A DNA stretch of 64,000 bases, from positions 54,684,001-54,748,000 of the forward strand of contig NC_092353.1 in assembly GCF_963676685.1 (NCBI RefSeq). Direction: 5' to 3'. The notes under the pieces are model-generated. The model was not told where the DNA came from, did not search any database, and saw nothing but the letters and a program-made list of their open reading frames with translations. Shown here one piece after another: positions 49,770 to 63,270 of the stretch (within the stretch, counting starts at the first letter, position 1; each line of letters starts with the position of its first letter). The translations under genes were made by a program, and so were the position numbers. The stretch comes from Mytilus edulis. Its lineage: Eukaryota.

Positions 49770-52700
49770 TTACATTGTCGTGTTATTAGTTTTCGTAGTC
49801 CGAGATTCTGATCTTTTTGCAGAATGTTTCCCATTACGGATCATATGCAGCACGCGTCTGTTACATAGAGATGCCACCGTCAAGAAGAAACCCTGAAGTC
49901 CATTTATAATACCATTTACGTACGATAAAGCAATAGCGTCCACATTTGATGAAATAATACCAATTATCCATGATAACCCTAGAATAGAACACAACTTGAA
50001 GTAAACCCCACACGTTATCCTGTTCTTGTTATTAACTGTAGCTATAGACGATGATCTCCTTGCTAATTCTATTTGGATTGATATTAGCAAGAAGCAAACA
50101 AGACTATAAGCGAGAGCCACACTTACCGGGATGGTATGAAAGAACAATTTCCCTTCCGGTTTAGATATCCAGCATGAACCGCCATCTTTTCCGTACCCTA
50201 TATAATTCATCTGGTAGTCTAAAACCCCACATACAACTACAATAACAAATGGAAGAGCAAAGGCAAATAAACGGTATCTATTGTGTCGCTTTACTTCAGC
50301 TTTTTTGTCCTGACTTATGTTTCCCGACATGTTAATCATTCGTTTGGCGATATCAGTCGAAATAACAACAGTCCAACTAAAGACGCATAACCAAACAAAA
50401 TGTTCACAAAGTGAAACAAAGGGAAGAATTTTGTGTGGCACATTGACATACCTACAAACAAGGAAAATCCCTTGAGCCAAAAATAAACACACTGAAAAGT
50501 TGACAATATTCTTACCATGTAAATTTCTCAAGCCCTTAATAGACATGTGGCACGTGATCATTATCACAAGAGATATAAGGGATACAATCAAACAGGCATC
50601 TGTAATTGTGTTAATCAAATTATTAATAGAAGAGCCAATATCTTTCTGACAAACGTACAACGTATTGTTTCGAATAAAGAATTGTGTTGATTCAACTGTT
50701 TTGTGTCCTGGAACTACTAGGGTGCCATTTGAATAAACGAATTCATCATTGTTATATGTAATTAACGTTGAACACGTGATTGGTGTAGATGTGTTCTCTG
50801 CACACAGAAATAGAGTTTCATTTTGAATGAAATAGTTGTCAGTTTCGGTCTTTTGACCAAATATGGTTATAGTATCATTTGAAATTTCAAATGTATTAGA
50901 TGTATATTTAAGATATCGAGAACATGGCAATGGTTCATTAATCTTTCCACAGTATGCTAAAGATTCTACCTCATTGTCAAATAGAGATATCGAAAACCAA
51001 GTGTAAAATAAATCAATTGCTTCCTTATTCGGAAGTATTCCTATAACACGGTTGTGTGTTTCGTCAAAATCTACATCTATATTTGAAAGTTGGACTAAAG
51101 TAGAATTCTGACATCCAACTAAGGATGTGCCATTGTCAAAATTTTCCAATGAAACTTTTATGTATGAACTACTTTCAACTTCGAGTTTTTTAAGATCTTC
51201 TGTGATGTTATAAAAACTAACTGCACTTCTTAAACTAAACCGAATGTAAATTTTATCTTTAAATTTAGTCTTAATTTTTTGTACTTCTATGTTTGGAACT
51301 AACTGCTTTATTTTCTCAATAGCATTTTCAGCAAGTTGAAAAAATATTTCAAAAACAGCTGATACTTCATTGTCTGGAACAATAGACGTGTTAACCACGA
51401 TTCCCAATCGAAAGGTCGAACTTACCGGAATATTATTTGCTGTAAGTACAGAAGTTTTTGACAAACACCTGGATTTTGTTAGTTCGTATCCCTTAGGACA
51501 GATAATTTGCTGACATGACATGGAGATGAAGTCAAAGATTTTACCTTCAGCGCAATTGATTTTAAAAAGATTTCCCAATTGTTCTGGTGCTAAACCACTT
51601 TTATCATATGCAAAAAAAATATCCAGTCCTGGATAATTTGGTCTTTTATCAAATGGGTGCAACCCTCCCTTGTATTCACAGTCAAAGATGATGTCTGTCA
51701 TATTGACGTCATAGCAGACAAAACAATGTTGGTTTTTGTATGTTGTATCATAAACGTTTACTGGCTCGACGTAAGCAGAGCATAAAACATCGGCATCGGC
51801 AACAGGTCTTTGCGATTTGTTATCTTTGCATGTGACATACTGTTCGTGAGAACAGGTGTGAGGTATTGGCCCACTTAAAGGTGGGAATTTTTTAACATAA
51901 CATTCCTCTTTTTCTAACTGAGTAACATTTGTACCTTCTGGACAATGAAGAGAGGCTTTCCAGAAAGATACATCGGTGATCGTGTAACCATGGCAATATG
52001 CGCAAAATAAGTTACGAAACGTTATCTGACTGTCTCGTGAAAAAATAATAAATACTGGTATATCCCAGAGGTCAATGTCTAGACATTTTGTCAGTATGAA
52101 ATAGTTATCAAAATCCTGCGGACAATGGTCTACAACCATATATTCGGGCCATCCAATTGCAACATTGTGACAGTTTCCATATTCAGCAAACATTTCAGCT
52201 TCTTTCGTTTTGGAATTGTCATATCCTAAACTTTGAAAGGCATCAGTTGTATTGAGTGCTATTTCAACAATATCTTGATCAATGTAAGCATGAAAGAATT
52301 CTTTATATATAATTTGACAACAATCACCAAACAGAAGGCAAAAGTGATCACATGAACATCGATTACTAGAACAGGGTAACCGTTCACAAAATTGTTCCTC
52401 TGACTCAGGAGATGTTGTGTATGTTTCTCTTTCTCTGAATTGATCAAAGTCAATTCTCACTTTATCCTCCAACTTCTCATCTGTCGGAGTACTGAAACGC
52501 TCCATGGATATTAAAAATGATGAAACATCTGTTTTGTCGGAAACCTTTGATGTCATTTCATCTTCAGGTCCGTTTGAAAATAATTTTGTGTATGTTTCTC
52601 TTTCTTTGAATTGATCAACGTCAATCCTCACTTCGTCCTCTATTTTTTCTTCTGTCGGGGAACTGAAATGCCCCGTGGATATTAAAAAGGATGAAACATA

Positions 52701-53035
52701 TGTCCTGTCTAAAACGGTTGATCTTATTTCATCGTCAGGTCCGTTTGAAAATAATTTTGTTTCAGGTGTAGTATCAGATTGACTTAATTCTGAATTTAAA
52801 CTACGGAATATTTCTGTTTCTTTGTGATTTGCTTTTAAAGTCGTTTTTACCGTTTCATACAACAGCATTCTATTTTCTTTCTCCAATTCATTTGCACTAT
52901 TCATTTTCCTTGTTGATTTAATTTTTAGAAAAGGGACTTGGTCGTCGATTTTTGTTTCGGTATTTTGTTGTTCTGTTGTGGTTTTCTGCTCAAAATCAGA
53001 TAATGGTGAAATGTGATTTGTGTACCAACTAGCAT
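49770..53035 (-). CDS. Class B (adhesion/Methuselah-like) 7TM receptor, large coding exon
   Basis: Open frame from the acceptor TTTATATTCTAG|AT (53035) to the stop; somatomedin-B-like CSCDHFCLLFGDCC; Cys motifs FRNLFCAYCHG and YKNQHCFVC; 7TM_2 motifs LRNLHGKN, HFVWL..FSW, CWI, LGLSW, NGLQG. Confidence 0.9.
52419..52760 (-). repeat. In-frame 171-bp (57-aa) tandem duplication in the receptor ectodomain
   Basis: TKLFSNGP.DE...VSSFLIS..FS.PT.EK.ED.VRID.DQF.ERETY occurs twice. Confidence 0.92.
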
Positions 53036-53926
53036 CTAGAATATAAACAATAACAATTATTAAGGTGATAATTACGAATTATATAGTGCAATACCCCAGT
53101 CGCATAAGGTAATGCCATTTTGATTTCCCGAGACGGGGGGAGAACCAGAATTTTATTTTTTAAGGTCATATCTCTTCTTTTGCAATTTTTTTTCTACTTT
53201 TGTAAAACTATGTTGGGCAAATAATTCATTTTCATCCAGATTTTGGCAAAACTTTTCTTACACAATGCAGGTCAGAATACTTATTTTCAAAATGATATCG
53301 ACCCTCTTTCTTCTCCGATTATTAAATGGTCGTCCGAATTTATTAATTATTCCTCACCTCATGGGCAAAGGACTCGTTTTCTTAGAATAAAAAAACAATT
53401 ATGGATTTTCAGTGCCATTAATCAAAAGAAAAAAGTAAAATAACAAAAATACCTAACTCCGACGAAAATTCTAAACGGAAAGTCACTAGGCAGATTTGCA
53501 AATTCAAAAGCTCAAACACAACAAACGAATGGATAACAACTGTCATATTCCTGACTTGGTACAGGCAATTTACTCTATCAAAATAAACTGACATTCAAAG
53601 TGATATTAGAAAAACCCATACCTGCATGGGCAAAAATAGGAATAAAACATACAGTAGGTTTATATACGAATACAATTAGTTTTTTTTGTTGCGACAACAA
53701 TAGTCAGGACGTCCAAAACACCAATACAGGTATCAAACAAAACTGGGGGAATCGCATGCTTTTCAAGAGGCATGGCCTGTGTGTTGGCAGAGTAAACGTC
53801 TCGTGCTTTACATACATCTTCTTCATTTTATTTAAGGTATTTGTAAATGAATCCGAAACCAAATAAAAAGTCTTACAGTTTCCATTATGTATACATTAAT
53901 TCAGTTTTGACTGACAGTATACAAAA

Positions 53927-54390
53927 GAGACCGTGTATATTTACACCAAACACGTTAGACCATTTTTCATTTTTCAATATTAAAAGTCAAATTGAAAAAT
54001 TTTCCACGTTAGATCATTTTTCGTTTTTCTATATTTAGAATCAAAAAGAAAAATGCTACGGTAAGCCATTCTAATATTTGCTTTTTAGAATGAGATTGAA
54101 ATATGATTGTTTTTCTAAATCAAGCAGATGAAAATGCTTTAGTGTTTTCAAACTGTTGAAAAATCAAATAATTTTAAACACCAACTTATTTTTTATTTTA
54201 ATATCCTCGTGAAATCAAAAAAGTAATCTCTTAAAAATTACAAATTTTAAATCTTACTAAGAAATAATTTTTATAAAGTGACTTTTGTTACATTTTTCAA
54301 ACCAATACACTTTCAAAGTTTCAAAGCAATTTGCAAAATCTACTTTTCATTTTAAAATGACAAATGCTTGGTGTAAATGTACACGGACGC
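53927..54390. mobile_element. MITE in the predicted receptor intron
   Basis: TIR GAGACCGTGTATATTTACACCAA / TTGGTGTAAATGTACACGGACGC. Confidence 0.7.
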
Positions 54391-55761
54391 AAAAGTAGCA
54401 TTATTTGCAATAAAAATAAAAATTCTTTGCACTCAAAGTAAAATAGTGACAGGTTGAGTCAGCTATTAAACCAGGATTAATGCACCATATCTACATAAGC
54501 TCATGTCTGTACCAAGTCAGGAATATGACAGTTGTTAACCATTCGTTTAGTGTGTTTGATTTTGCCATTTAATGAAGGACTTTCAGATATGGGTTATTTT
54601 GTTATCTTACTTTTGAATCAAAGCTATGTATAGTTGATACAGATGCATATATTTTGTTTTCGGATAAAAAAAAATCCAATTCATTTACGTTATAAAAATA
54701 CTATTTATAAAGTTGATAAGTTTTAAAGAGATTCGTTTTTCATTTATACTGGTGAAAACAGATTAGTGTGGTTCTAAAAACACTTTCACGTTTTATCATC
54801 AAATTTTATCAATATAATGGGCAGGTGTTTATGTTACTATCAACAACTGTCACAAAAAAAGTAAAATATACCTCCAAAAAAATACCGATTGCCAAGGAAT
54901 ATTCATAACGAAAATTCCCTTATCAAACAGAATAATCCACAGCACAAACACACTAAAGGAATGCATACAAATATCATATTTTTGAATTGGTACTCAGATT
55001 TCCGTGTGTAGAAAATGGTGAATTAAACCTGGTTTTATAGATTGTTTAACCTTTCACTTGTATGACAGTCGCAGCATTCCATTATATTGACAACAATTGG
55101 TGAGCAAAACAAGCATAATAGGTAGAAATGTAAAAAAAAAATTGAGTACAGCAGTCAGCATTGTGTTATAAGTGGGAGATTTAAGCTAGCTATAAAACCG
55201 GGTTTATACACCCATTTATTCGGAAAAAAGCCTGTGCCAAGTCAGGAATACACTCTTCATACTGGTTGATAGAGTTTGATTTTGTCATCTTTAATGGACT
55301 TCCCCTTTTGAATTTACCTAGGAGTTCAGTATTTTTGCATTACTTTTGTATTTCTTTAAATTTGTGGTAAATGCTAAGAATACTGTACTTAAAGGTTGTG
55401 AATGAATGGTGACTTTTAATATATAAGAACATTAAAATGTTGAAGCTTTTAAACTAAGGGTTCTTAAAAGTAAATTTTAGTCATTATCTCGGCAATTATA
55501 CGGAGTAGGTGATTCTCTTTGTTAAAGATTTAATTTTTATCGGTTTTAAAGTTAATAGCAGATTTTTGATAGAATCAGTTATGTCTATTTTGCCTTTATC
55601 TCGGTTTGGCGCGTTTTAGGGCTCGAAAATTGAAAGACACTTTTCTAATGTTACAAATATCGTTAACTATTTTAAAACGCAGATTAAAACAAATGTCGTT
55701 ATTTTTAATATAATTATAATAATTGTAGAAAAAAAAACTGGAATAAGAACGGGTCAATAAG

Positions 55762-57341
55762 TAGACATGTTACGAAAAGGTTTATTCACGACGCTGAGGT
55801 TGACAAATTACACTTTAAATGTAGGGACTGTGTCAAAACACAAAAGATATTACAAATTGAACCTGCGTATATAACTGCATTGATACTTTTGGAGGCAATT
55901 CAGCCGTATCATCATCGACCGACGTATGGAACGAATATTCAGAAACATTTTTACCATAAGAAATAGATATTAATAAATTCCGTAATATTTTTAAGAAACT
56001 CTAATGCAAAAAGGGGGAGGAGGAAGCGGTCATGTAAATGCAACGGAGACACGGGGTACATTTGTGTGAAATATTTCGGAGAGCCCTTGCACAATTGATA
56101 GACCTTGCTATTAATCTTTTTTAGTATTACAATCTGCTTTATACCTGCTCGTGAATATATATGTAACGGTCATTTTTATATAGTTATGAAAAGCAAACAA
56201 AGAAGTGTATGTATTTTGATCCAGTTGTTTGCCATCTAAATTTTTATGTAACGGGATCTGTTGTAAAACACCTTAACACGATTTTTATACAATTTCAACT
56301 TGAAACATGTTGCATTCTAGAAAATTTATACTCCCGGTAACATTGCTTCGAGGGCATGTATTTTCTTCCTTTATTTCCTTCCAACTTTGCCTTAATTTAA
56401 ACAGTTTCAGCTCAATTTGTATTTTCTTTAAAAGTCGTTTGTGATTGATTGATTATTGGTTGCATAACGTCCAGTGGCAAATATTTAATGCCTTTTCAGA
56501 ACGATAAGAGATTTGTGTAAAATATGACTCACTACTCACCAGTTGAACATTCCTGCAGAGTTTCAAAAGCATTAAATAATGACTTTGCATTTACACCTTA
56601 ACACCACCTTATGTAGCTATTTTGTATTTTATAAATTCCGGGAAAGTTTTGTTGAAATTCGCCAAAAAAATTATTATGGCGTTTTTATAAATATGTACCT
56701 ATTACTACTCTACGGAGGTACCAGTTGGTTTTTTTTAGGGAGAGGGAGGTGTCTAGGACTAGATTTGAAAAAGGCATCAACTTAGAGCTAAACCACGAGC
56801 AGAAAGAAGAAAATGTATAACAAAAAAATGCGTATATCACAGTGGCGGGTATATGTCGAACACGATATAAGGCGCTTCAAAACTTTCAGAGTCATTGGAA
56901 GCTAAGCTTATGGAGACATCCGAGAGAAAAAAATCAATCAGACTGTAGAGCGCGCTAGCGTTGTGCGGGATTAGTATAGCGAATTGAACTTTTTTTCAGG
57001 AACTGTAATACAACAATAAAACTACTATCTAACTGGCTTACTATGTATACATTATCAATCGAATGAACTTGTATAACTCTCAAACCCCCGGTTTTTTCTA
57101 GCCCACCCACTCTTGCACGCGTACACCGTTCATGTCGTATGATAGCCAACAATATCACAAAAGCAATTGTCATAATAATATTAGGATGTTAAATAATGAT
57201 GTTCTACATAAATGTGATTTGAATTCACAAACACACATGATTTAATATTTATCTATTATCAATGTTTTGACACCGTCCCCAAATCTAAAGTGTAATTTGT
57301 CAACCTCAGCGTCGAGAATATACCTTTTCGTAACATGTCTA
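55762..57341. mobile_element. Non-autonomous TIR element with ~85-bp TIRs and TAG..CTA ends (possibly Academ-type)
   Basis: TAGACATGTTACGAAAAGGT..GACGCTGAGGTTGACAAATTACACTTTA is inverted at 57263-57341; flanks TAAG/TTAG. Confidence 0.75.
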
Positions 57342-57668
57342 TTAGTAAACTACTTAATTTCCTAACCTTTGTTTGGAAATAATTGTTCGATGAATATATC
57401 GGAAGGGAAATCATTTAGAATCAGACCAAATAGTATTACACTGAAAAGCTATTGTGAACAGTTATACAGGAAGCAACAACAGCAACAAAAATGAGAATTA
57501 AAATTATAACAACATTGATACTTATGTTGAAAACATATAATAAACATATAATTATTTTCCCCAAAATTCCCGGGATATACCTTTTAAGAAGAATGTATTT
57601 GTATTGGTATGCTGTATAATAATATTTAATACGTTTAGGATAATATGATGGTAATTATGCAAGCATCT

Positions 57669-58414
57669 AACATATACAGTTTTTATTTTACGCCTAACTA
57701 TTCTTTAAAGATTCGTAAAAACGAAACAATTAAATAAAATTTAATATGTCCATTTTTTTTCAAATCACCACTGTCTAAAACAAAATGAATGAGACAAAAC
57801 ACACACACACAAACCCACACTATTATAATTTGTATATACCTACCACTAACAACAGTTGCAACAAATATGCAACACAGAAAATGTTGGAAGTCCATGTCTA
57901 ATTGAACTAGCACTACCTTTGATTAGGTTATAAAGTAAATTAACTCCTCGGTTATTGGTCTTAATACGATAAAAACTGCATGTACAACAAGCCTCCGACC
58001 AAAAACAAGAAATAAGGCAATACAGAAATAATCAGGTAATAAGATCTTATTTTACTACCAATTAAAATTTAATAATCATTATCATTTTACAATGCAGAAA
58101 ACACCTGATATATTCCCATTAACTCTAATAGTAAGTAAATTAAGTTTAATATTTTTTTTTATCATGGTGACATATTATGATATTGTATTTCTGTTGAGTT
58201 TTTTTGTTTGTTTATTCTCATATATTGGAAAACGTAAATTTAATAATTAGAAAAAAATATTAAACTAGGATGTTGTATTTCTGATAAGTTTTTATGTTTA
58301 TTTTGCTCTCATTAATGAATATCTTAAATGAATAAATTGGATTTTGTTCAACCTAGAATGTCTCTTGAATACACAAATATTAATCATACAATATTAAGAT
58401 TGATCCACTCAAAG
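57669..58414. repeat. Direct repeat copy 1 (intron start, signal exon and upstream region)
   Basis: Near-identical to 63271-64000 at an offset of about 5.6 kb, with a few substitutions and small indels. Confidence 0.93.
57844..57895 (-). CDS. Predicted first coding exon (signal peptide MDFQHFLCCIFVATVVS) of the 7TM receptor
   Basis: 17 codons plus G, then donor GTAGGT (phase 1), matching the phase-1 acceptor at 53035 to give ..VVS-D-ASWYT. Confidence 0.7.
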
Positions 58415-60029
58415 AAATAGGTTATGATTTAAATTTTAATTGTATTAGAAAAACTACCCACTCTAAAAAATTCAAAAGGTCGGACGCTGGTGAATATTTG
58501 TATTTTCTAAAATTTATAGATGGCATTAGACTGATAACCAGAATACCACGTTTATGCGGGATTTGTGTAGTTCAATTAATAATTGTCTGCGTAGTGTTTT
58601 GTGAACTGTTGTTCGTACACAGTTTTTATTCTAATGACCATTGTTTGTCTTCGACTTTTGACTGTATAGAAATTTAATTTCTTCGAATCAACTGATCTGC
58701 AATCAAAAAAGGGTGGGATAACACGAAAAACACAATAAAACTATCACTAGAAAAATAAGCAAATTGTGACATAGTTAGTTAATAAATATCCTTTAAGAAC
58801 GACGCTGAGATTTCCGATCCTAACAAAATAGCCATTTTTTGTTCTTCTTTCGTGGTTTAACCACAACCTTTTCAGTTTAATTTAAGGATGTCCACTATTC
58901 TGTTTCAAAATAACAAGCTTTTGAAAACAACTGTTATGAATTGATATTGAGCAAACTACGGAAGTTAATTACAAGTTCGAAAAAATTAATGTTCCGGGTT
59001 CTTGTCTTTGAGATACAATCAATTGGAAGTTTCGCGGGAAATTATTCGCTCTAAATTTTACATACATTTAACATTGGCAAGTTTGTTATTTCAACAGCTA
59101 AAAAAAACATGCTTTTTAAATGTATTCTATAAACAAGGAAAAGAAAAGAAGGGTAAGCAGGCAAAATTTATATTGACACTACATAATGGATAGATTAGAG
59201 CCAGAGGATTCAGAATATCTGACAAGTCAAAAATATGTAAGTCGCAAATATCCATCCTTAAGTTTGAATTGTTTCTATCCACAATCAATTTGTCTTTCAC
59301 TATGTTTTAACAAGTTATTGATATGCTAAATTAAAAAAAAATAGTATGATCCATTACTACTTAACATAATTCTTTTTTTCTCAAAAATGGGAAAGTATAA
59401 GGTTATTTTAAAGCAAAACATAAAGTTTTTGGTGGGATTCATGTTGCTCAGCCTTTACTTTTCGATGTTGTATTTTGTGTACTATTGTTTGTCTTTTGAT
59501 CTTTATCTTTTTAAGCCATGGCGTTGCCAGTTTGATTGTCCCTCTGGTATCTTTCGCCTATCTTTAATCTTTCAATCCATAAAAAACAAATTATTAGGAA
59601 TTGGAATCTGTTAAAAAATTAAAACAGCACGTTATACATTTATTTCGAATAAAGCTCTTTTCTGGATTTTCCCTCATCAGGAAATCTAAAGCCGAATGTT
59701 TAAAAGCCAAAGAATGTTTTCCAAAATCAATGCCCAATATTGACCTAAATAATAGCCAAATCCAGGGTCACTTTGCTTGAGATAATGAAACCTTAGTTTC
59801 TTTATAAATTATGATTATAAACGGACTATCTGTTTGATAACAGATTATAAATATTTTGACACATATAAATTCAACCCCTGCAAAAAGTGTGTTACGATAT
59901 TTCTTCACTCGTGACAGTAAAAATGTTACTATTTAAAGCGCGGTGGTTCGCTCTCACCCAATATGGAATTTACTGACCCCATATCGTAGTAGGCAACTAT
60001 CACACCATGTAACTAATTGTATATACATA

Positions 60030-60936
60030 TAGTCATGTCTTCTTTGACTATTAATGACGTTAAAATACTAAATCCCTGTGATGTGTTTTAGTCGATTTTA
60101 GTCTCTGATGCATGATTTTTTATTATTTATTGGTTTTGGCTTTTAACTAGCTGTCAGTAACTGCGAGTACTCTCAAATCGTATTTTCTTGTTAATTCGAC
60201 CTGTTGATACTGTTTATAATGCTTTTTTGTTATTTTTTATTTATATGGATCTTGTCTGTACACCAGCTTTCATTATTTGTAATATCTTCAATTTTTCACT
60301 TATTCTTACAACATTTGTATAAACTTCAAGAATATAAAAAAAACGGTTTTTTCCTAAAGTGAACATTGATTGGTTAAATATTTCTCAGTCATGTCCTGTG
60401 TTTGAATTTGTTTGTTAGCTTTTTGGTCATGAATGTTTGTCTCTAATATTTAATTAACTGTGCATTTGTATTCAGATATCGCAGATCAAATTTATTCGTT
60501 CATTGTTTAATCATACGTTTTTTGATTGAGTTAAGTCTGCCAATTGATATTTTATCGTATGTTTTTCTTTGTTTTGATGTTATGCTATTGTTTCAGAAAA
60601 AGGGAGAAGGTTTGGATCCATTAAAATGTTTAATCCCGCTGCAAATGTTTGCACCTGTCGTAAGTCAGGAATCTGATGTACAGTAGTTGTCGTTTGTTTA
60701 TGTAATATATACGTATTTCTCGTTTCTCGTTTTGTTTATATAGATTAGACCGTTGGTTTTCCCGTTTGAATGGTTTTACACTAGTAATTTTGGGGCCCTT
60801 TATAGCTTGTTGTTCGGTGTGAGCCAAGGCTCCGTGTTGAAGGCCGTACTTTAACCTATAATGGTTTACTTTTTAAATTGTTATTTGTATGGAGAGTTGT
60901 CTCATTGGCACTCACACCACATCTTCCTATATCTAT
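60030..60936 (-). repeat. Long copy of a family A subfamily
   Basis: Ends GAGAGTTGTCTCATTGGCACTCACACCACATCTTCC; matches 2800-2920 and the complement of 29175-29500. Confidence 0.8.
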
Positions 60937-61189
60937 ATACAAAAAAAGGTGACGCCCGACATTAATTTGAGAAGATGTGAAGATATTTCCTTAGGTAACA
61001 AGCTGTTGTACGTTCTCTATATACAACAATAATATTAAATTAAAAAGTATGGCCTTTACCAATAATGTTTATTTATATTTACAGTCAATCAGTATTAATG
61101 TGTATGATTAATGATTTCAATTACTATACAATTTTTACGAGAGGACAAAAGGATCATTGATATACATTACCGAAAAAAACAGGAATACA

Positions 61190-61420
61190 TTTGTATGCCC
61201 CATTTATGGTCATTATGTTTTTCGGTTTGTGCGTTTGTTCGTTCTTTCGTCCGTCCGTCCGTCTGTCTATCCCGTTTTAGTTTAAAGTGTTTGGTCAAGG
61301 TAGTTTTTGATGAAGTTGAAGTAAAATCAACATGAAATGTAATGCCAAATTACAGTTTCGATCCCAATTTCAAGGTCCATAAACATAGAAAATTATAGTG
61401 CGAGTGGATCATTTGTGTAC
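61190..61420 (+). mobile_element. Short HINE-like element with (CGTC)n
   Basis: T-rich start, CGTCCGTCCGTCTGTC microsatellite, and GGTAGTTTTTGATGAAGTTGAAG shared (inverted) with about 18055-18085. Confidence 0.5.
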
Positions 61421-61725
61421 TATGTTCTTATGCTGGTTGTAAGTAAAATTACAAAGCTTCATTTGTTACCACATATTTGTACAATCTACAGGAGAGTCTA
61501 ATACAAAACGTTTGTCCTGTTTAGCCTGATTATACAATCACTGTGTAGTCTAAGTTAATATATGAATATATGAATTGTCTACATTCAACAGCCATTCGAA
61601 ATACTAAGGATGTTCTTATCCCAGACATAGATTACCTAAGCCGTATTTGGCACAACTTTTTGGAATTTTGGATTCTCAATGCTCTTCAAATTTATACTTG
61701 TTTGACTTATTAGCTATTTTGATAT

Positions 61726-61771
61726 GAGCGTCAATGATGAGTCTTATGTAGACAAAACGCGCGTCTGGCGT
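61726..61771 (+). ncRNA. Degenerate minimal type I hammerhead ribozyme in a Penelope-type repeat (about 61600-61803)
   Basis: GCGTCA-aTGATGA-GTC-ttatgta-GAC-aAAA-CGCGCG-TC-TGGCGT; same family as 48253-48298. Confidence 0.62.
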
Positions 61772-61931
61772 GTCAAATTATAAGCCTGGTACCTTTGATA
61801 ATTATCAACAGCCATTGATTACTATTATCCCATACATATTCATACCAAGACCACATATGTATCTTTGTTTTACATCTGTTTTCCAATTCATACATTTTAT
61901 ACAATTAAACACCAGCTCGTTATATCACTTA

Positions 61932-62141
61932 CTGTAAACCAACTTATTTTCGCGAGTAAATTTTTTTCGCGACTTTCGCGAGTAGAAAAATAATGCAAAT
62001 ATAAATCGTTGCGAAGATGTAAACCTGGATCTTTCCTTAAGATCAAGTAATTTAGAAAATCGCTAAATTAAATTGCTGCGAAGTAGACTAGAAACGGTAA
62101 AACGCGAAATAAAGTATTCGCGAAAATAAGTTAATTTACAG
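61932..62141. mobile_element. Tc1/mariner-type MITE with TA TSD
   Basis: TA|CTGTAAACCAACTTATTTTCGCGA ... TCGCGAAAATAAGTTAATTTACAG|TA. Confidence 0.85.
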
Positions 62142-63270
62142 TACTAAATTTCCACCAAAATCTAAGTAATCTATTATCACTGTCATACTGAATGGACATC
62201 TACCATATCCGATGTAGACAATAACATATAAGGTCTTATTTTGAAACAAATAATAAAAGTTTAAAACAGTTCAAAAGAACCTTCTCTATGATAGGAAAGT
62301 ATTACCGTACATAACATTGAACGGATAAAGACGATATTCAGCGATATATTTATCGGCTATACTTGGCAAGAACATATAAAAGAAATAACATTTCCATATT
62401 GATGATAAGATATTAATAAAAACAACAGTAGTATACTGCTGTTCAATAGTTATACAAAAGTTGGGCAAAAACAAATCCGGGTCACACACAAAAAACGACT
62501 ATTAGAGGAAAACAACCGAAACAAAACAAGCGCCAACATACACAAATACTGACTATATGAAAACAACATCCATATTCCTGACTTTGTACAGGAAATTTTT
62601 AAGACAAAATGGTGGGTTGAGCTGCAATTGCAATTTTGAAAATACCGCTCACACTTGATTTTCATTTTGTACAAAAATAGTGAAGGCTACCAAGCTTGCG
62701 ATATATTCTGGGACCTGCAGTTATTTAAAATAATAGTTAACTTTTTCGAAGTGCTAGTAATACAAAACTACAGGAAACTGAAATCCGGACAAAACACACC
62801 AAAATATGATCGATTGATTGATTGTTGTTTGCTTAACGTCTATAGATAACTAAGATAGACAATTATATTTATAGCGGTTTTTCGTCTATCTATGCTTGGT
62901 AAATATTTCACCCTTTTCTCGTTTATATGATGCCATTTGTTTGAAGTTAAGAGTTTCATTGGTTTTTTTTATTTATTTACTCCTTTTTGCTATTTCACAT
63001 ATTCGATACTATTTTTATTTTCGATTGACAGGATACATTGCAATACCAAACAAAAGCATTTTTGTTTACAAGAAAACAATATGTTATTTGTTTGTGAAAA
63101 AAACCCGATTGGTATTTTGTATTTGAACAATTTTTAACAATTTTAATTAAAGATTAGGACAACTTATATTAAATGTAACACTAATTAAGAATGATAAATC
63201 ACGCTTTAGATAACACACTTTCACGGAAATTACTATACATGATACAGGTCCTCGGATTTATTTAAATGTT

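Noticed and set aside
53036-53118. Apparent signal peptide FVIITLIIVIVYIL with an upstream ATG and stop (pseudogenised receptor start)
   Set aside because: An in-frame TAA at 53079-53081 blocks it. The T-rich stretch ending in CTAG is better explained as the intron 3' end accepting the 57844-57895 exon.
56539-56551. 13-nt microexon candidate in the receptor intron
   Set aside because: It would break the frame and lies inside a TIR element
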